Shown here: positions 11,621 through 25,345 of the stretch, in pieces
Position numbering within the stretch: position 1 is the stretch's first letter
How the letters are laid out: the number at the start of each line of letters is the position of its first letter
Origin: Lophium mytilinum
Taxonomy: Eukaryota
DNA: 64,000 nt
Assembly: GCA_010093605.1 (NCBI GenBank)
Contig: MU004189.1
Span: 317,834 to 381,833 of the forward strand
Direction of reading: 5' to 3'
Made by a program: the position numbers and the translations under genes
Notes under the pieces: generated by a model
What the model saw: only the letters and a program-made list of their open reading frames with translations
Database searches by the model: none
What the model was told of the DNA's origin: nothing

Positions 11621-13066
11621 TTAAGCAGAGGCATACACGGAGCCGATAGTACTGGCAGTGGTGCCGCTAACGAGCACACCATCCGCAACCATGTAGTAGC
11701 TGTACTTCTCGACGAAGTCCTGCTCATCCAACCACGGCAGCACGGTCTTGAGGAACGTGGCGACCTGGTCGTCAGAGCCGGTAGCCGCGAACTCGGTAAT
11801 CCAGACAGGCTTGCCGCTCTGGGTGTGCGCCTCGGTGACGTGGTCCTTGAAGTACTGGATGTTGGTTGCCGAGTCATACCAATGGATGTTGACGAAGTCG
11901 TAGTCGCAGCCGCCGGCGCACTCAGTGACCCAATTGGCGAGGTAGCCGAGACCGAGGCCTGAGGACGCCGCGCCGTTGGTGACGGAGGGCGCGCCGACGC
12001 GTCCGCCGGCAGCCTTGACGGGGTTCATGTATTTGATGTGGGCATCGGCGGCTTGCTTAGGAGTGAGGTTGGCCTGGGCTGGGAGTTCGGGCTCGTTGAA
12101 GGAGAAGAAGTTGGTCGTGCCGGCCTTGAGGGCCGCCTTGTAGTTGGTCTCCCAGGTGCTGGTGAACATGTCGCGGAGGTCGATCAGCATGGGGACGTAC
12201 TCGAACTTGGAGCTGAGCCCGTCGGAGACTTGGGCCCAGTTGTATCCCCAACCGATGGAGTTGTCACTCTCGAAGCAGGTGGTGAGCGATGCATCGTTGT
12301 ATGCGAGACCTCGCTTGGTGCCACTGGTGGAGGGGGTGGAGGTTGTGGACGGGGTGGCGGCAGAAGAAACGGCCGCGGAAGAGTAGGCAGCGGCGCTGGC
12401 GACGGATGAAACGGCAGCGGCCGAAGAGACAACAGCGGCAGCAGAGCTCACGGGGACGTAGACGCTGGGGACTGCAACGGCGGAGCTAACTGCCTCCTCA
12501 ACGCTGGACGCCGGGGGAGTGTATGCCGGAGCGGTGTATGCTGGAGGAGTGTACGCAGCGGACGTAACGGCAGAGCTAACAGCAGCGACGGACGACCTAG
12601 AGCTATGGCTATGGTGGTGACCATGCTGGATGTAGGCGGCGTACGAGGATGAGGAGGGCACGGCCTCAGCGGCAACAACTGACGAACTGGCAGCTTCATA
12701 ACCGCCACCAGGAGTCACAGTGACGGTGACAGCGTTGGTGGCCGTAACGGTGATGGTCTCGGGACCACAGACGTCTCCAGAGGAGACGGCCTCGGCACCG
12801 ACAGTTGCAGCTTCAGAAGTAACTGGAACCGCGCTCATGTAGACTGTGGAGACGACGGTCTGGGTGAGGTCAATGGTCGTCGTAGTCGTCGAGGTGCCTG
12901 GGTATGAGGCCGGGAAGCCGCTGCCAGTCGGGGCGTATGGCCCGGTAGTGTTCATGCCATAGGGAGCACCAGTGCCCGCTGGGTAGCCGGAAGGACGGTA
13001 GTTGTAGGGGGCCGCAATGGCAGAGGAGACCAGGGACAGGAGTCCGAACTTGGTAAAGGATGACAT
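11621..13066 (-). CDS. Secreted GH128 beta-1,3-glucanase-like (Asl1-like) protein with Ser/Thr/Ala-rich N-terminus
   Basis: Intronless 481 aa; signal peptide; KRGLAYN, WGYNW, EYVPM, FNEPE, DFVNIHWY and KPVWITEF motifs. Confidence 0.92.
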   Translation of the reverse strand: MSSFTKFGLLSLVSSAIAAPYNYRPSGYPAGTGAPYGMNTTGPYAPTGSGFPASYPGTSTTTTTIDLTQTVVSTVYMSAVPVTSEAATVGAEAVSSGDVCGPETITVTATNAVTVTVTPGGGYEAASSSVVAAEAVPSSSSYAAYIQHGHHHSHSSRSSVAAVSSAVTSAAYTPPAYTAPAYTPPASSVEEAVSSAVAVPSVYVPVSSAAAVVSSAAAVSSVASAAAYSSAAVSSAATPSTTSTPSTSGTKRGLAYNDASLTTCFESDNSIGWGYNWAQVSDGLSSKFEYVPMLIDLRDMFTSTWETNYKAALKAGTTNFFSFNEPELPAQANLTPKQAADAHIKYMNPVKAAGGRVGAPSVTNGAASSGLGLGYLANWVTECAGGCDYDFVNIHWYDSATNIQYFKDHVTEAHTQSGKPVWITEFAATGSDDQVATFLKTVLPWLDEQDFVEKYSYYMVADGVLVSGTTASTIGSVYASA

Positions 13067-16000
13067 GGTGTAGTTTGGTATGTGGTTTGATATGGACGAG
13101 GGTTTGTAGTGAACAGTTGTGTGGGAGTGCTATGGACAGGGAATTCGAGTGCAGCTGCTGGAGCGCGAAGAGAGTGGGAAGCCGACCAGGGCGTTGCGTG
13201 TTGTGGAAAAGAGAATGTGATGCGCTTCAAGGGAAGGCAAGTGAATGGAACGAGCGAATGCTCAAAAAGAATGACAGCAACAGCACTGGTGGATGGAGAG
13301 AATTGGGTGAGGAGAGAAGCAAGAGGAATGACTGGGGCGGGCCTGATATCTATTCCGAAGGGGGTGGACACAGCGCTGGCATGGGGGCGGCGGTGACCAC
13401 GCCAGCAAGCAAACCAGCGTGCAGCCTTCACAGCAGCGTTTCCCTGGAGCTGTCCGTTTCACCAGTCAGCCACGCAATCTTCGTCGTCCAGGGGGGGCTG
13501 ATGGGGCCGGCGCGCGTGGAAGCCGCCAATCGCTCTGATTCACGGCCAGCGTCTCGCCGCATCAGCCAGCACACGGCCTGCGAGAGGACGGGAGTTGCCC
13601 GCCTTGGCCAGGCGCTCCCGGTCTAGTTGCTGGCGCCGGGCTTGAAACGTGTGGTGGCCAAAATGGGAGCGCCGTGTACGGGTGAAGATCTGAGCAGGAA
13701 AAGCTTGTGCTGACAGCAGGACAGGGGCAGTAACGCCGCCGTTTGAGACGCTCAGGAACCCGCAGCCTCCCGCAGAAAAAGCGGCCAGGCACCCAGGCAC
13801 AGCGAAAAGACTGGCCGGGAGCATCAGGGGTCGTGGGCGAAGCCGCGCCGGGACTCGACACCAGGCCAACCGCGAGAGCTAGCCAAGGGCCTCAGCCGCT
13901 GTCCTTCTTGGGCAACTCCCAGCAAAGACGTACCCCATGGCTCGCCTCGTCGACTGTGCTCGAACTGGACCAGGACGTCGTCGCTTGTCAAGATCGTGAC
14001 CCGGGGAGCATCGCCATGGCCGTGCGGTATTGATTCGTGGCTATCATCTCCGCACAGGATTCTGGAGGAGTCTCCCCATGGCTTGGTTGCAATCGCCAAT
14101 CTGTGTCAAGTCCTCGCGTCGCACCTTGGGAACTAGAAGCAGTCGCATCTCCGCCTTCGCACGGTCGTCGTCGAACTGTGGTGTTGCAGTCGGACGGCAC
14201 AGCAGACAGCGTTGCGGCGAAGAATCATGGCCAGAAGGTTGCGGAGCCGGCTTACGACTCCTTTAAAAGCATGACTTGTGGGGATGCCATCAGTGGCGTC
14301 GACGGCTCTTTTCAGCCCCCTGTGCTCGGGACCGGATTGAGAACGCACCACCGAGGGGCTGCCAAGGGGCCTGGTACGTAACCTCCAAAGGGATTTATGC
14401 TGGAGGTCTGGAGAGGAGAAAGGATGCACCGGGAATTGCTTCAGCCTCATCAGTGAAGGGTTCAGGGACGTATACGAGGGGGCATGTATTCATAGAACAG
14501 CAACACCAAGATCACGGGTTCCGGAATGCTGACGTCCAAATACACCCTCATCCTGCATCCGGCACCTGCTTCGCCTCTTCTAACTCTTCCAAGCACTTGG
14601 CTGCCAACACGAACTCTCACTTTGAACCGCGTGAGAGACGCTCACTGATGCTCTGGCTCAATCTGGTTCCTATCCGTATGGACAACTCACCTTTGTATCT
14701 TCACAGTCATCCTCACTCATCTTGCAGCAACCCCTTCGAAGTATTCACACATGTAGTTCTACAATTAGACATAAGCTCCTCACAGTCTCAGCGTTTACCA
14801 CGCCTCATCCACACATACTTCGCCTCCTGTAAACCCAATAACAAGCTTCTCCTCCAACCCATCCATCCCTTCCATTGCCCACCTCCCCTCCTACCCGCGC
14901 AAAACCCCAGCGCCTCGCCGCACCCCATCACATCCCCCTCCCTACCCCAAAACCCACCCCGTGCCTCCCACCCGCATGCAACCCACTCCTTGCCGCCATC
15001 CCGCCCCACAGCGCAAAGCCAAGCAAAGCAGAAAACCCCCAAAGAAAAACTCAAACGCAAAATCCACCTTACCAACGTGCCGCATTCGCCTCAAACACCA
15101 CATGCATAACACCACCCTCATCCCGAAATCACCCCCCGCCCTCGTGCAGCCTGCCGTCCCATTGGCCGCGCCGCACGAAAATGTGTACCCCCCTTAGCCA
15201 ATCACAACTAAGTATTTAGCCCGCGCCGCCGTGTTTCAGCTCGCGAAACTCTAGAAACTTCTGTGTGACATTGGGAAACACGTTGTGCATGCTGTGTGCG
15301 ATGGCGGGTGCGACGGGCGAGCGTTTCGAGAAACAGGGCTAGACGTGTGTGGTTGAATGGAAACATGATTCATTCATGCGTGGCACGCTGAGTTGATTTG
15401 ATGGGGCGGTGGTGATGTTTAGAAACGGACTGCATGAATTTGAGACGGACGACGTGATTGGGGCGGTTGTAGGCGCTGGGTTGGGCGGTTGGGAGGGCTG
15501 TTTGCGAGGGATTGGCGGTGTTTAAGGTGTTTCGATACTTTGAGAAAACGTGGATTAGAATGGAGGATGGTAAGGTTGAGAATTAATCTCTGCCCAAAGC
15601 TATTGATTTACGCCTCGTTGGCGCTGTCTGAGGTGCCTCCCCATATTACAGGAGAGCAAAAAGTGATGCGAAATCCACCACATCGTATTTCAATACTCTA
15701 CCTAAGCTGGTGTTATCCCGTCTGTTTGGGTGAGCTTCGGCATATTGATAATGACCGAGAGGATGGCACAAAGCCCACTACACTGCAACGCACAGTTCAG
15801 CAGAGCAATAGGATGCTTGCCAACAATCACCTACACCTTCCTACATATTTCACACAAATGTCCATTTCATCGAATACCAGTATATGTCTCCCGCGTACCT
15901 AGGCTACTTTCATCACCCAACTTCCGAAAAGAAAGCTTCCCAGCCACCTACGCCTTCCCTCTACTCGTCTAACGCGTTCAAGCGCCATCATTATTCGAAT

Positions 16001-16294
16001 AGCACTTTCAACGCCTCATATAGAGTCCGTCGCTCCAAGAGATCCTGCCGCTCTTGTCCCAAAGCCAACCGAAAAAAAGGATCGCCTGCAACATGACGCC
16101 TATGGTCCAAACCCGCTGCAAAATCTTCATACCTGACGCCGTGTCGCCCATCATGCATTTCATCAGAGAGCGCCGTGTAGTGCCAAAGTCGGACCGGAAG
16201 ATCACGCGCAGTACCGAGTAGATGATCGAACCCCAAGACTCCGCTAGCCCGGCAATTTGAAGTTCGTGAAAAAGGAAATATAGGCCAGCTGTGA

Positions 16295-19020
16295 TCACGC
16301 AAGGTAGCGGTACGAGTCCACCTTCGCGTTCTCGATGCGCTCGAGGTACTCGCGCTCGATTAAGCTCTCGACGCGTTTCTTGATCATGGTGACCTCGGGT
16401 TTGAACTGCGGGGCGAGCTGGTTGAGCGTCTCGGCAACGAGTTGCTGATGCGAAAGTTCCTTGCGTTGTCTGTTGAGAGGTGTTAGTTGAGCTGAATTAG
16501 GAAAGACGAGGTTGTTACGTACTTCATTATCCTCACAATAGCCGCTTCAACGCAGAAGCTTCTCGAGTCGTCGTTCTTCTTCTCCGTCTCTTTTCTCTCC
16601 CGGTCGCTCTCCACTTTGTTCCCGTTGGACACCACACCCACCTTGATGCGATGGAATTTGCCGTTGAAGCTCGCGTTGAAGGAAAAGCGATCGGTGGGTT
16701 TGACATCCTTGCTCATAGGCTCTTTCACCAAGATCCGTGTTTTCGGAGCCACGGCCAGCGATTGAAGATTCCTCACGAGGTCGCTTGCCGGGATGTTGGT
16801 TTGCGCCTGGATCTCCTCGAATGTCAAGGAAACATCGGCCGGAATCTCGTTGAATAGCAATAGGATGACCATGCCATATGTAGAAACGTTAAGTTCGTGC
16901 CGTCTCTCCTTTAGCATGCCATCCTTGCCGGGAACCTTGGGGAACACCGCTCGGACGTCTGCGGAGCCCATAGCAGCTAGCCAGGTAAGCTGTCTTCCGG
17001 AGTGCTTCTCGCCGTAGTATTTCTCGAACCCTCGCTTTATGCGATCAATAGCAGGAGGGAAGATACACTTCAGAGTCTTTCCTTCCTCATCTCCAGAACC
17101 ACCCATTGACTCCAGTGGCCATGTCATGCTCGTCAGGACGTTGATAGCGAGCTCGATACGCTTAGGGTCAGCGTCACCGAGTTGTGCCACATGACCCTTG
17201 TACCCAGAAGTGAGCTCTTCGGAGATGGTCATGTCTTTAAACATTGCCTCTAACTTCATGGTGAAATTGTTCCCAAGCTCAATCTTCATCCTTGATATCA
17301 TCTGCTTCTCGACATCGTTACTGATCGACTTGTTCATGAGCAGTCGCCTACAGAGATGCTTCTTGTAGTACCGCTCAAACAGATCCTTGTCTTGGACGTA
17401 TCGAAGGAGGACAATGGCCTTCTCCAAAACCATGTCAATTTCGTTTTCGGTCTTGCCTTTGATGCCCTTCTTCATATTTTCGTCGATGAAAAGCGAGATA
17501 TATTCGGAGCTTCGCGGGAAAGATGAGGCGTTAATAAAGTCTGCAAAACTCCTCGTTAGAGCTGTTTGTAGGGCATTGTCCGAACTAAACGCATTCTTCC
17601 AGATAAGGTCGAATTTGTCCTTCAGCTGTAGTACATCTTCAACCCATTTGATTGCCGCGACTGTCTGTTGATTCAGACTCTTTTCTAGGGCTGGACCTTT
17701 GCCTTTGTCGGTGCCTTCAGATGGTGGAGGCGCTTGCGATGCAGCGATTGCAGCGTTGTTGACCTCTGTGCCCATCTCCACTACGCGCTTCTGCATAGCT
17801 CTCATAAGCTCGGTCTTTTTGGGATCAACACGGGCGTTGAGCTCGTAGATGAGGCTAAGCTCCTCCATACGGTCATTGTCGATCATGAACCGCACGCCGC
17901 TCTCCATCTCAATCAGCTCCTGGATCCGGTTCTTGATCAGCTCATCCTCAACCACCTTTTCGATCTTGGGTGTTGTGGATTCCGCAAGGGTAGAGCGACA
18001 CCGATCTTGCTCTTCCACAATCCTCCGCCGGGTGTGTCTGCAGTATGCTCCGGCATCCGACTCCCGCAGCAACAGCTCCGACTCGGCCCTGTAGAAGCCC
18101 CGGCTCGTCTCTAGGAAGCTACCTTCGAATGACGCGACGTAGAGTCTCGACTCGGCCGTGTCGGTCTGGCCCTCGTAGAGCCCTTCGAGCATGTACACGC
18201 AGTCCTTGATCATGTGCTTGTCGATAACATCGCCGTCCCGTTCCATACGAATCTGCTCCAAGATAACGCGATTCAGCAAGTCCAGGACCGAGACACTGTC
18301 GCCGTCCTGGGAGAATGCGTGGAGGATATCGTCGCGGAAGAGAATCATGGCTGAATTGTAGATAGAAAGCCTGTGTGTATCCTGGCAGTAAACGCGGTCC
18401 TGGTCAGAGGTCAGCCATTGACTTGCTGGAATTCGGGTTGAGATCTGGAACGTACCATATACATCAACACATCCGCCAGCATGCCCATGCACACATGGTG
18501 GTCCATATAGGCTTCCTTGAGTCCCTTCATGAACTTCTCGCCTGCAAAGCGGCGTTCATTCGCGGTTGTGCCCCCAATCGCTTGCGAGCTCATCAATAGG
18601 TTCGGGGAGAGGAGGTCCTGTATACGTAGGCGAACTTGGGTTGTAAGCCAGTCATGTTCGAAATCTCGAACTCGTTTGTACAAGTCTTCGCCCTTCTTCT
18701 TTAGCACAATCCGGTACGCGTGTCGATATAGCTCCTCGTAAGAGAGCTTCGAAGCGTTCTTTGTGTGTATTTCGTTGAACGCCGATGCAATAACCCTCCA
18801 GGTTTGCTCGAAATCGATCTCTTCACCGCCATGGATGCCCTTAGGAAATTGCATGTTAGCCAACGGTAATTCGAGAGTCCAGACGGTTGTCAAGTAGAAT
18901 ATAGGCTTGGAGGTAGCCTTGCCGGTGAATGGCGGGGCGGGGGACGACAATGTACGAATAGTGAAATTAACTCACCCTCCGAGGCGGCCGGATCTTTGAC
19001 CTTCCTCTGCCTGCGATCAT
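16295..19020 (-). CDS. cul3: Cullin-3 (4 exons)
   Basis: KIRPPRR N-terminus, NASKLSYEELYRHAYRIVL, SEYISLFIDENMKKG, DKDLFERYYKKHL, neddylation motif EAAIVRIMK/QRK, C-terminal YRYLA*. Introns at about 18975-18840, 18454-18401 and 16522-16470. Confidence 0.96.
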
Positions 19021-19401
19021 GGTTGCAGTATAAGGGTATCAACGAGAATAGGCAGAGTGTGATGGTATATGACGGTCGCTGGGCGGCGAGGGCTAGGAAA
19101 GCTACTCCGAACAGCGGGGGTGGTGTTTGGAAGCTTCAAGCGGGCGAACGGCGGGGGGGAGATTCCATGATCCGGGGGCGTGAGGTACTGCAATATGGCG
19201 GAGAGCTAGTCGCCAGCAAGAGACTGTGGTTGTAATGAAGGAGTGAAAGAGGGCTGACGATAAGTTCGGTGGTGGTTGTCGACAAGGCCGCAGACGGCGA
19301 ATTAGCGCGGCCCGCTTTCGTGGGGAGCGGTTTATGGCCGTGCTGAACTTTTGCAGCCTCACCCGGAAGCCTTCAATCCACCACAACTCCGTCTATCCAC
19401 C

Positions 19402-20091
19402 ATGAATTCACCAAGATATATTCTGCGCATGCTGGCGCGAAGGGGTGCATCGCAGACTGCCTGGACGCCCCGATCAGAGCTCAGCACAGCGTCCATACGG
19501 CTGTTTCACACGCCACGAACAGCCATTCCTCGAAGACCTCAGATACCAATCCTGTCGGAACGACCTATACTATCTAGAGCTCGATATGAATCAACAGCTA
19601 CACCCCCACAAGTACAGACCCCTGCCGTTTCCACCGAGAAGGCGCCCGAATCGCGGCTTGAGCGCGACCAAGTCCCTTCCTACGACATGACCTTCACCTG
19701 CAAGAAATGCGACACGCGCTCTTCGCACCGAATCTCGAAACAAGGCTACTTCCATGGCACTGTACTCGTTACATGTCCGGGCTGTAAGAATAGGCATCTG
19801 ATCGCTGATCATTTGAAGGTACGCCGAATCTCGCAGTCTTCTTCCCACCATGAGGAAATATTGGCTTGATAACTAGGCATCGCTCCTAACCGTTACTAGA
19901 TATTCTCAGACACGTCTGTTACCATCGAAGACTTGATGCGAGAAAAGGGGCAACTCGTGAAGCGCGGTTCTTTGACTGCGGAAGGCGACGTAGAGATGTG
20001 GCCCGACGAACCCAATGAACCTAAAATAAAACAAGACGAACGAACCTTCAGGAAAATACAATTCTTTAAAGGGGATGCGCAGGACGGCTGA
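19402..20091 (+). CDS. zim17: Mitochondrial Hsp70 escort protein, zf-DNL (Zim17/Tim15/Hep1), 2 exons (19402-19818, 19900-20091)
   Basis: Arg-rich presequence; [46 protein letters not shown] motif; GTACGC..CTAAC..TAG intron. Confidence 0.93.
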
Positions 20092-20552
20092 TATACCAAC
20101 ATACGGTTAGTATGAAGTGTACCAGTGGACAACGCAGGATCTTCTATGTGCTACGGACCTGACAGAAGAACAATCGTACGATGTGTAGTTTACCAGGCGG
20201 GTACTGTAACAAAAGCTAGGATGGAAGTTGGCGTTTGTATAAAACAACAAAGCGACGTGGAAGAAGCTCTCTAGACTTCGGGTTCCTTTCATCCATATAC
20301 CCACTCTAATGATGAAATTATGAGTTACCAAAGGCAGCCATAGGGCGTCACGTTCATGAGTAGCTACGTCTCTGCTCCCATCCTCTTCAGATCTACACCA
20401 GCAAATGATTCACTAGGTTTGATAGAAGGCGTTAAGAGTGATCGTGGAATCGAATAAACATCTTTGTGTTGGTCCCACCTGCGTATTGTTGATAAGACTA
20501 GATACCTTTTGAAGCGCTCAAGTCGATCATCCAACTCCAACTACCAGACTCC

Positions 20553-23249
20553 TCACCCGACGAACTTGCCTCCGCAATACACACAAACATCACACGCCGA
20601 GAACAAGATCCGGGCTAGCGACATCGGTTTCGAGCGCCCGTTTGCCGACTCCGGGACTCCGTCTGGTGCATTTGGCAGCTCTTGCTCTCCTTCACCACCC
20701 CGGCCGGGCCCGTCCTCGTCTCTGCTAGCTTCGTCCTCGTGGGCGATGTACTCCTCTTTCAAGTACTGCGCCCGACAAATACCACAGAACTTTGAAATAT
20801 TAGGTCCCTGAATAGCTAAGAACGAGAGACTACATCTCGCTAGAAAATTCGATTAGCCCGAGGGTGTAACAACGAGGAGAGATGGCTTACTAAATCGATG
20901 TCCCTCTTTACATCGTGCCCAGTCCAGGTTCTCCATCCTAATAGAACTGTCACAAATGGTACATCTTTCCGGTGCATCATAATCTGGAGTATCAGAGGGT
21001 ATGAGCACACCACCGCCAATCTCGTGCAGCTTGTCCAGAACGAGAGCGAAGATGGCTAGCATTCTTTGACTTAATGGACTGTTGTCGGAACTGCTCGTAG
21101 GGAGCTTGAGAACTGCTTCGGCAAGAACACGAGAGAGCTTCAGGTGTGGAAACTCGGTGGACTCATGTGGGGCGCATATCCTGGAGACTAGAATCTCATG
21201 TCGGTCTTTGATGGTTTTGGCCTTGAAGTAGACGTCTTGCCTCAGTTTCTCGATGAGTTTGGCAGTGCTTGGTACTTGAGTGACTGAGTCCGAGTCATCA
21301 TAGGTGCTGGTAACGGTAGGTTAGGGACTGAGACTTCGTCTAGTGAAGTTGATTGCAGAGACTTACTCAACCGAAACAGACGGCACAAACGGGATTGCTT
21401 CTTGGGTTTTTGCGGCTCCAAATGATTGTACCAATTGGTCTGATATATGTACAATTGCTGCAGAGGCTTGTTCGGGACTCTCTGAATTGTTCCCAAACCA
21501 TCTCTTGATACTGAGGCACGCTGCTTCGGAGCTTACATCTGCAGCCAGTCTGGTCAACATTTCGTACGAAACTCTGGAGCGGATCCACTTACGGCCCAAT
21601 ATGTCACCCGACGCAAGATTAAAATTGCCATAGCTCTCTCCTGCACTGATAATAGACAGTGAGCTTGACTGCTCCGCTACTGTGAGATATTCCATCATAT
21701 CACTTGGATGTCGCGAGGACAATGTAACGAAAAGATCTTCAAATGGTGATAGTGCGAGGCCCCAGACTTTAGTAAAGACGTTCCCTGCCAGATCGTTGGC
21801 TGCACTGAAATAGGCTTGGCTGTCCCGTAACATCTCGTGCCAAAATGGTAAAGATAGTTTCGAATCTTCGCTTATTGGGAGTCTCAATCCTACGGTTTGG
21901 GCTTCCCTAGTCGACATGTAATAAGAATAGTACATGTGAACTTCTCGAGGGGATATGAACTTGAAAGTGACGCCTAACGGCATTAGTGGCTAAAGCTCGA
22001 GACAGAGCTATAGAAGATGCATGTCGTCTCGGACGACTTACCGGAAATCAGATCCCAGGTTTGTTCGAGGGGAATGGAAGACACACTGAAGTCTTGTGCC
22101 AGACAGTTTGACACGGTAAATGAGAATGCCTCTAGTCTGGAGAATGCGACGAGATACATGTGATTTTGGTCGCATACCTTGGGACACCATCGTAACGGTC
22201 CACCATAGCGGAGAGTGATATCTTGATACTCGGTCTCGTTATCTGCAACCACAAGTTCCGGCAGAGCTTGACCATCGTCTTCAATGGTCATCACTATGTT
22301 CCTTGCGTACAGCTTGTCGTTCGACGCATATGAGACGACGGAATCCAGGCGGCCGTCGCCTCTGCGGAACCACGGACTCCACGCAAGATGAGATACACAT
22401 CGCTGCTGCTGGATGAAATCTTCGAACATGGTTGTCGAATAGGGTATAGATTCTGAGACGCTGAGTGAGAAATGTGCGATTACTGTAGCGTTCCATCTTT
22501 GATCTGATGACACCGACGTATACGGAGATTGGACGGCTACAAATAGGACTTGGTTATCATCGTTAGATACGGCCAGTATGTGAGGACCCCAGTGTAATTT
22601 AGAGCCGATGTTACTTGTAAGGCCTTTATTAGGGTTCGTGGAACACCAGGAGAACGATCGAAGGCGCATACGAAGTCTGCGCTTTTCCGTGCTCTCTTCC
22701 TCGGTGTCATATGTTTCGTTGCGGTCTAGATTTCCTAGGTATGGCTCTATGCAATCGTTGATAACGAGCCGGCGTTCCCAGCTGGCTGGAAATTTGGGAT
22801 TGCTTTCGGGAGCCCATAATGATAAGACAAGATTAGATGTGAGAACCGCGAGAGCCGATCTTCGATGTTGAGAGATACCAGGTGGTGACCACTCAAGCGA
22901 AACTACAGCGCTTGCAGAAATCTCTTCTCCGACAGAAAAAGATCCAAAGGGAGCAGGGTACTTCAATGGCAATTCCGCTAAGGTCCATAGACTTGTGGCG
23001 AGATTGATAACGTGCCACGGGCTTGCGGTTGGTTGACGAGAGTTCTGGTCTATATCTCCCTGGGGTTCGAGATTTGGTACCTGTGTTTACCAGTCAGTTT
23101 CTTATGAGCAACCTTATGGATATGTTGAAGCGAAACCTTACAAGCAGCTGGACCATCTCATTAACCGCGATGGCCATCTCGCAGTCTTGAGACCATGCAA
23201 GGCTGCCGAATGGCGAAGGCCAATAGTTAAGCTCGGTCGTCCCAGACAT
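20553..23249 (-). CDS. Transcription factor IIIC subunit (TFIIIC-delta/90 kDa N-terminal domain plus C-terminal zinc finger), 6 exons
   Basis: SLAWSQDCEMAI, SVGEEIS..VVSLEWSPPGI..RSALAVLTSNLVLSLW; C-terminal ERCTIC..ARCKEGHRF.RCSLSFLAIQ.P..SKFCGIC..CDVCVYCGGKF. Five GT-AG introns splice in frame. Confidence 0.85.
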
Positions 23250-23518
23250 TTCATCAGCCGCATTCTACATGCATGTCAAGGTTTCGTCGTTACTTCTTTG
23301 TCTTGTGAAAAGGATGTAGTGAGGAGCAGATGAAATGGTGAAGTGGTGATTCGTTAAATAGCTTTGACGCTAACCAGGTTAGGAATCAAGGTAAAATTTA
23401 CAGCATGTTCTGGTACATGTTTCACTGAAGAATAGATGATGAAGCTCAATAATTTGTCTATACGTGGAAATAATTTTCGTTTATAGTCCCTGTCCATGCA
23501 AATTCCACATAATATCAA

Positions 23519-25110
23519 TCATGTCAGCTGCTTCACGAGCAGAAACAGCTTCCCAGCAACCCCATCCCATTCCTCGTCCCAACGGCGTTCACTTTCTATG
23601 AGCGCCCCGTCCTTCAATTTACGCAAACTTAAAACGTCCTTTCCAAATAGCTCAACGAAAAGATCAGAGAGTTGTTGAGCGGTTTCAAAGCCCCGTCCAT
23701 TGACACCCTCCTGAACCAGCTCGGGCCAAGCCTGGAATTTACTCCATCCCACCACGGGCAACCCAGCCCCAAACATATCTACAACTTTCATTGGGAGGTC
23801 TACTCCAGAAGATGAGGTATGCAATGATACGCCAAGATCTGCAGATCCCAGAAGCAATGCATAGTCCTCCGGTGTGAGCCACGCAGTAAGAAGGAGCACG
23901 TTAAGCAGTTGATTCTTCTGGTTCAGAGCCCGGATCTTGTTTAGATAGTGCTCTTTGAGTGGCCCTTTGCCTGTGATGATAGCCAACACCTTAGGCAGGC
24001 CAGTCTTAGAGGTAACGAGGGCAGAATAACGTGTTAGTGCTTCGAGAAGAAGCGAGAAGTCTTCGTCGGCAGTCCAGGACGTAGAGCTAACCACAAGGCG
24101 CATGAAGCCACTTAACAGGTCTTTTGCATACTGCGCGGTTTCGGGTAGCTGGGACAGGTAGTTGGCGCGCTCTTCTGGGTTTAGAGGTTTGAATAAAGCC
24201 GCTGGACGGTCATGGAGAACCTGGGCTTTGATACCATACTTCTGCTTCAAGACGGTAGCCATGGCATCAGTGACAGCCAAGTGTGCAATTGCGGATCGGG
24301 CGAATATGTTCTCGTATAGTCTCGAAACGAGGACAAGAGGATGGCGGCGTCCAAGCTTGAGGGCCAGGATCGAATAGCCAAAGTTGTGCCAATCAATGAC
24401 GAAGTCAGTATTGCGCAGGAAGCAAACAAAGTAAGCGATAGCCAGAGTCGGAATGGAGGGAGGATTCTGAGAGTGCTCTTAGTATTCAAAGCAAAAGGAG
24501 GTGCGATAGTCAAGTAAACTCACCTGGACAAGCATCCACTTGGTGGCAGTCGCATCGTAACCCATGGCATAGTAAAGGCTCCACGCCTGCCAGAGCACCT
24601 TCAATGGGGCCACGAGGGGAAACAGTAGCTTGCTTGGTGCTTGCAACCAAGCTGGAGAAGGGTCAATCGGTACTACCTTGATGCTTGAGTTTGATACAAC
24701 ATCAGGGTGGAGTTCCGATTCTGTTTCGCCATGTAAGCTGGTTGGAAACAGTTCAGATGGTATAGAAGGCACAAACCAGTATAGCCAACTAGCTGCACCT
24801 GGCCCCCATTCTTTGCAATGCTAATGGCATGGTATTGCATGCGGGGGCTTCGTCCAATATCCCCGAGCACTACGACCTGGAAAGACGCTCCCAAATGCCT
24901 GGTCTGTTTCACCCATGTTCTCCGATTTACATATTCCGCTGGGGTCATGACTTTCTTCGTGTCGTCCACAACCTCATCTTTGGCGAAGTCTGTGGAGTAT
25001 GGGTCATACTGCGAAGGGAGCGTTACGAGGATAATAGTGACCAGGGTTGAGAAGGCCAACAAGCCATAGAGGGCGAAATCAAGCGTAGTCTTGGGGCTCA
25101 AGTCCCACAT
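23519..25110 (-). CDS. alg1: Chitobiosyldiphosphodolichol beta-1,4-mannosyltransferase, 3 exons
   Basis: [51 protein letters not shown] and [18 protein letters not shown] motifs. Confidence 0.96.
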
Positions 25111-25311
25111 GATTATGCAAAGACAATGATGGAGCGATCAAAAGTAGTTTCACTGGAAAAACTCGATTTTCTCCAGTCTTGATGTTGCGACGTTTCGTTG
25201 TGCGGGTGAATGCTTCGAAGAATCGACCTCGACGATGCACCTGCAGTTTGCGGGGGACGACCCGGACTTCCGCCACAGCCAGCGCCACAGGTGTTTCATT
25301 TATCGGGTACT

Positions 25312-25345
25312 TTAACTGGGCCGATACATTAACTGGGCCGATACA
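25312..25345. repeat. Perfect 17-bp direct repeat (TTAACTGGGCCGATACA x2) in the alg1/msc2 divergent promoter
   Basis: Read directly; a third partial copy (CAGCGGGCCGAC) follows. Confidence 0.85.

Noticed and set aside
13060..15219. Many overlapping ORFs, including one of 277 aa at 14276-15109
   Set aside because: Low-complexity translations of a long GC-rich upstream region and a C-rich skew arm; no domain or consistent splice structure.
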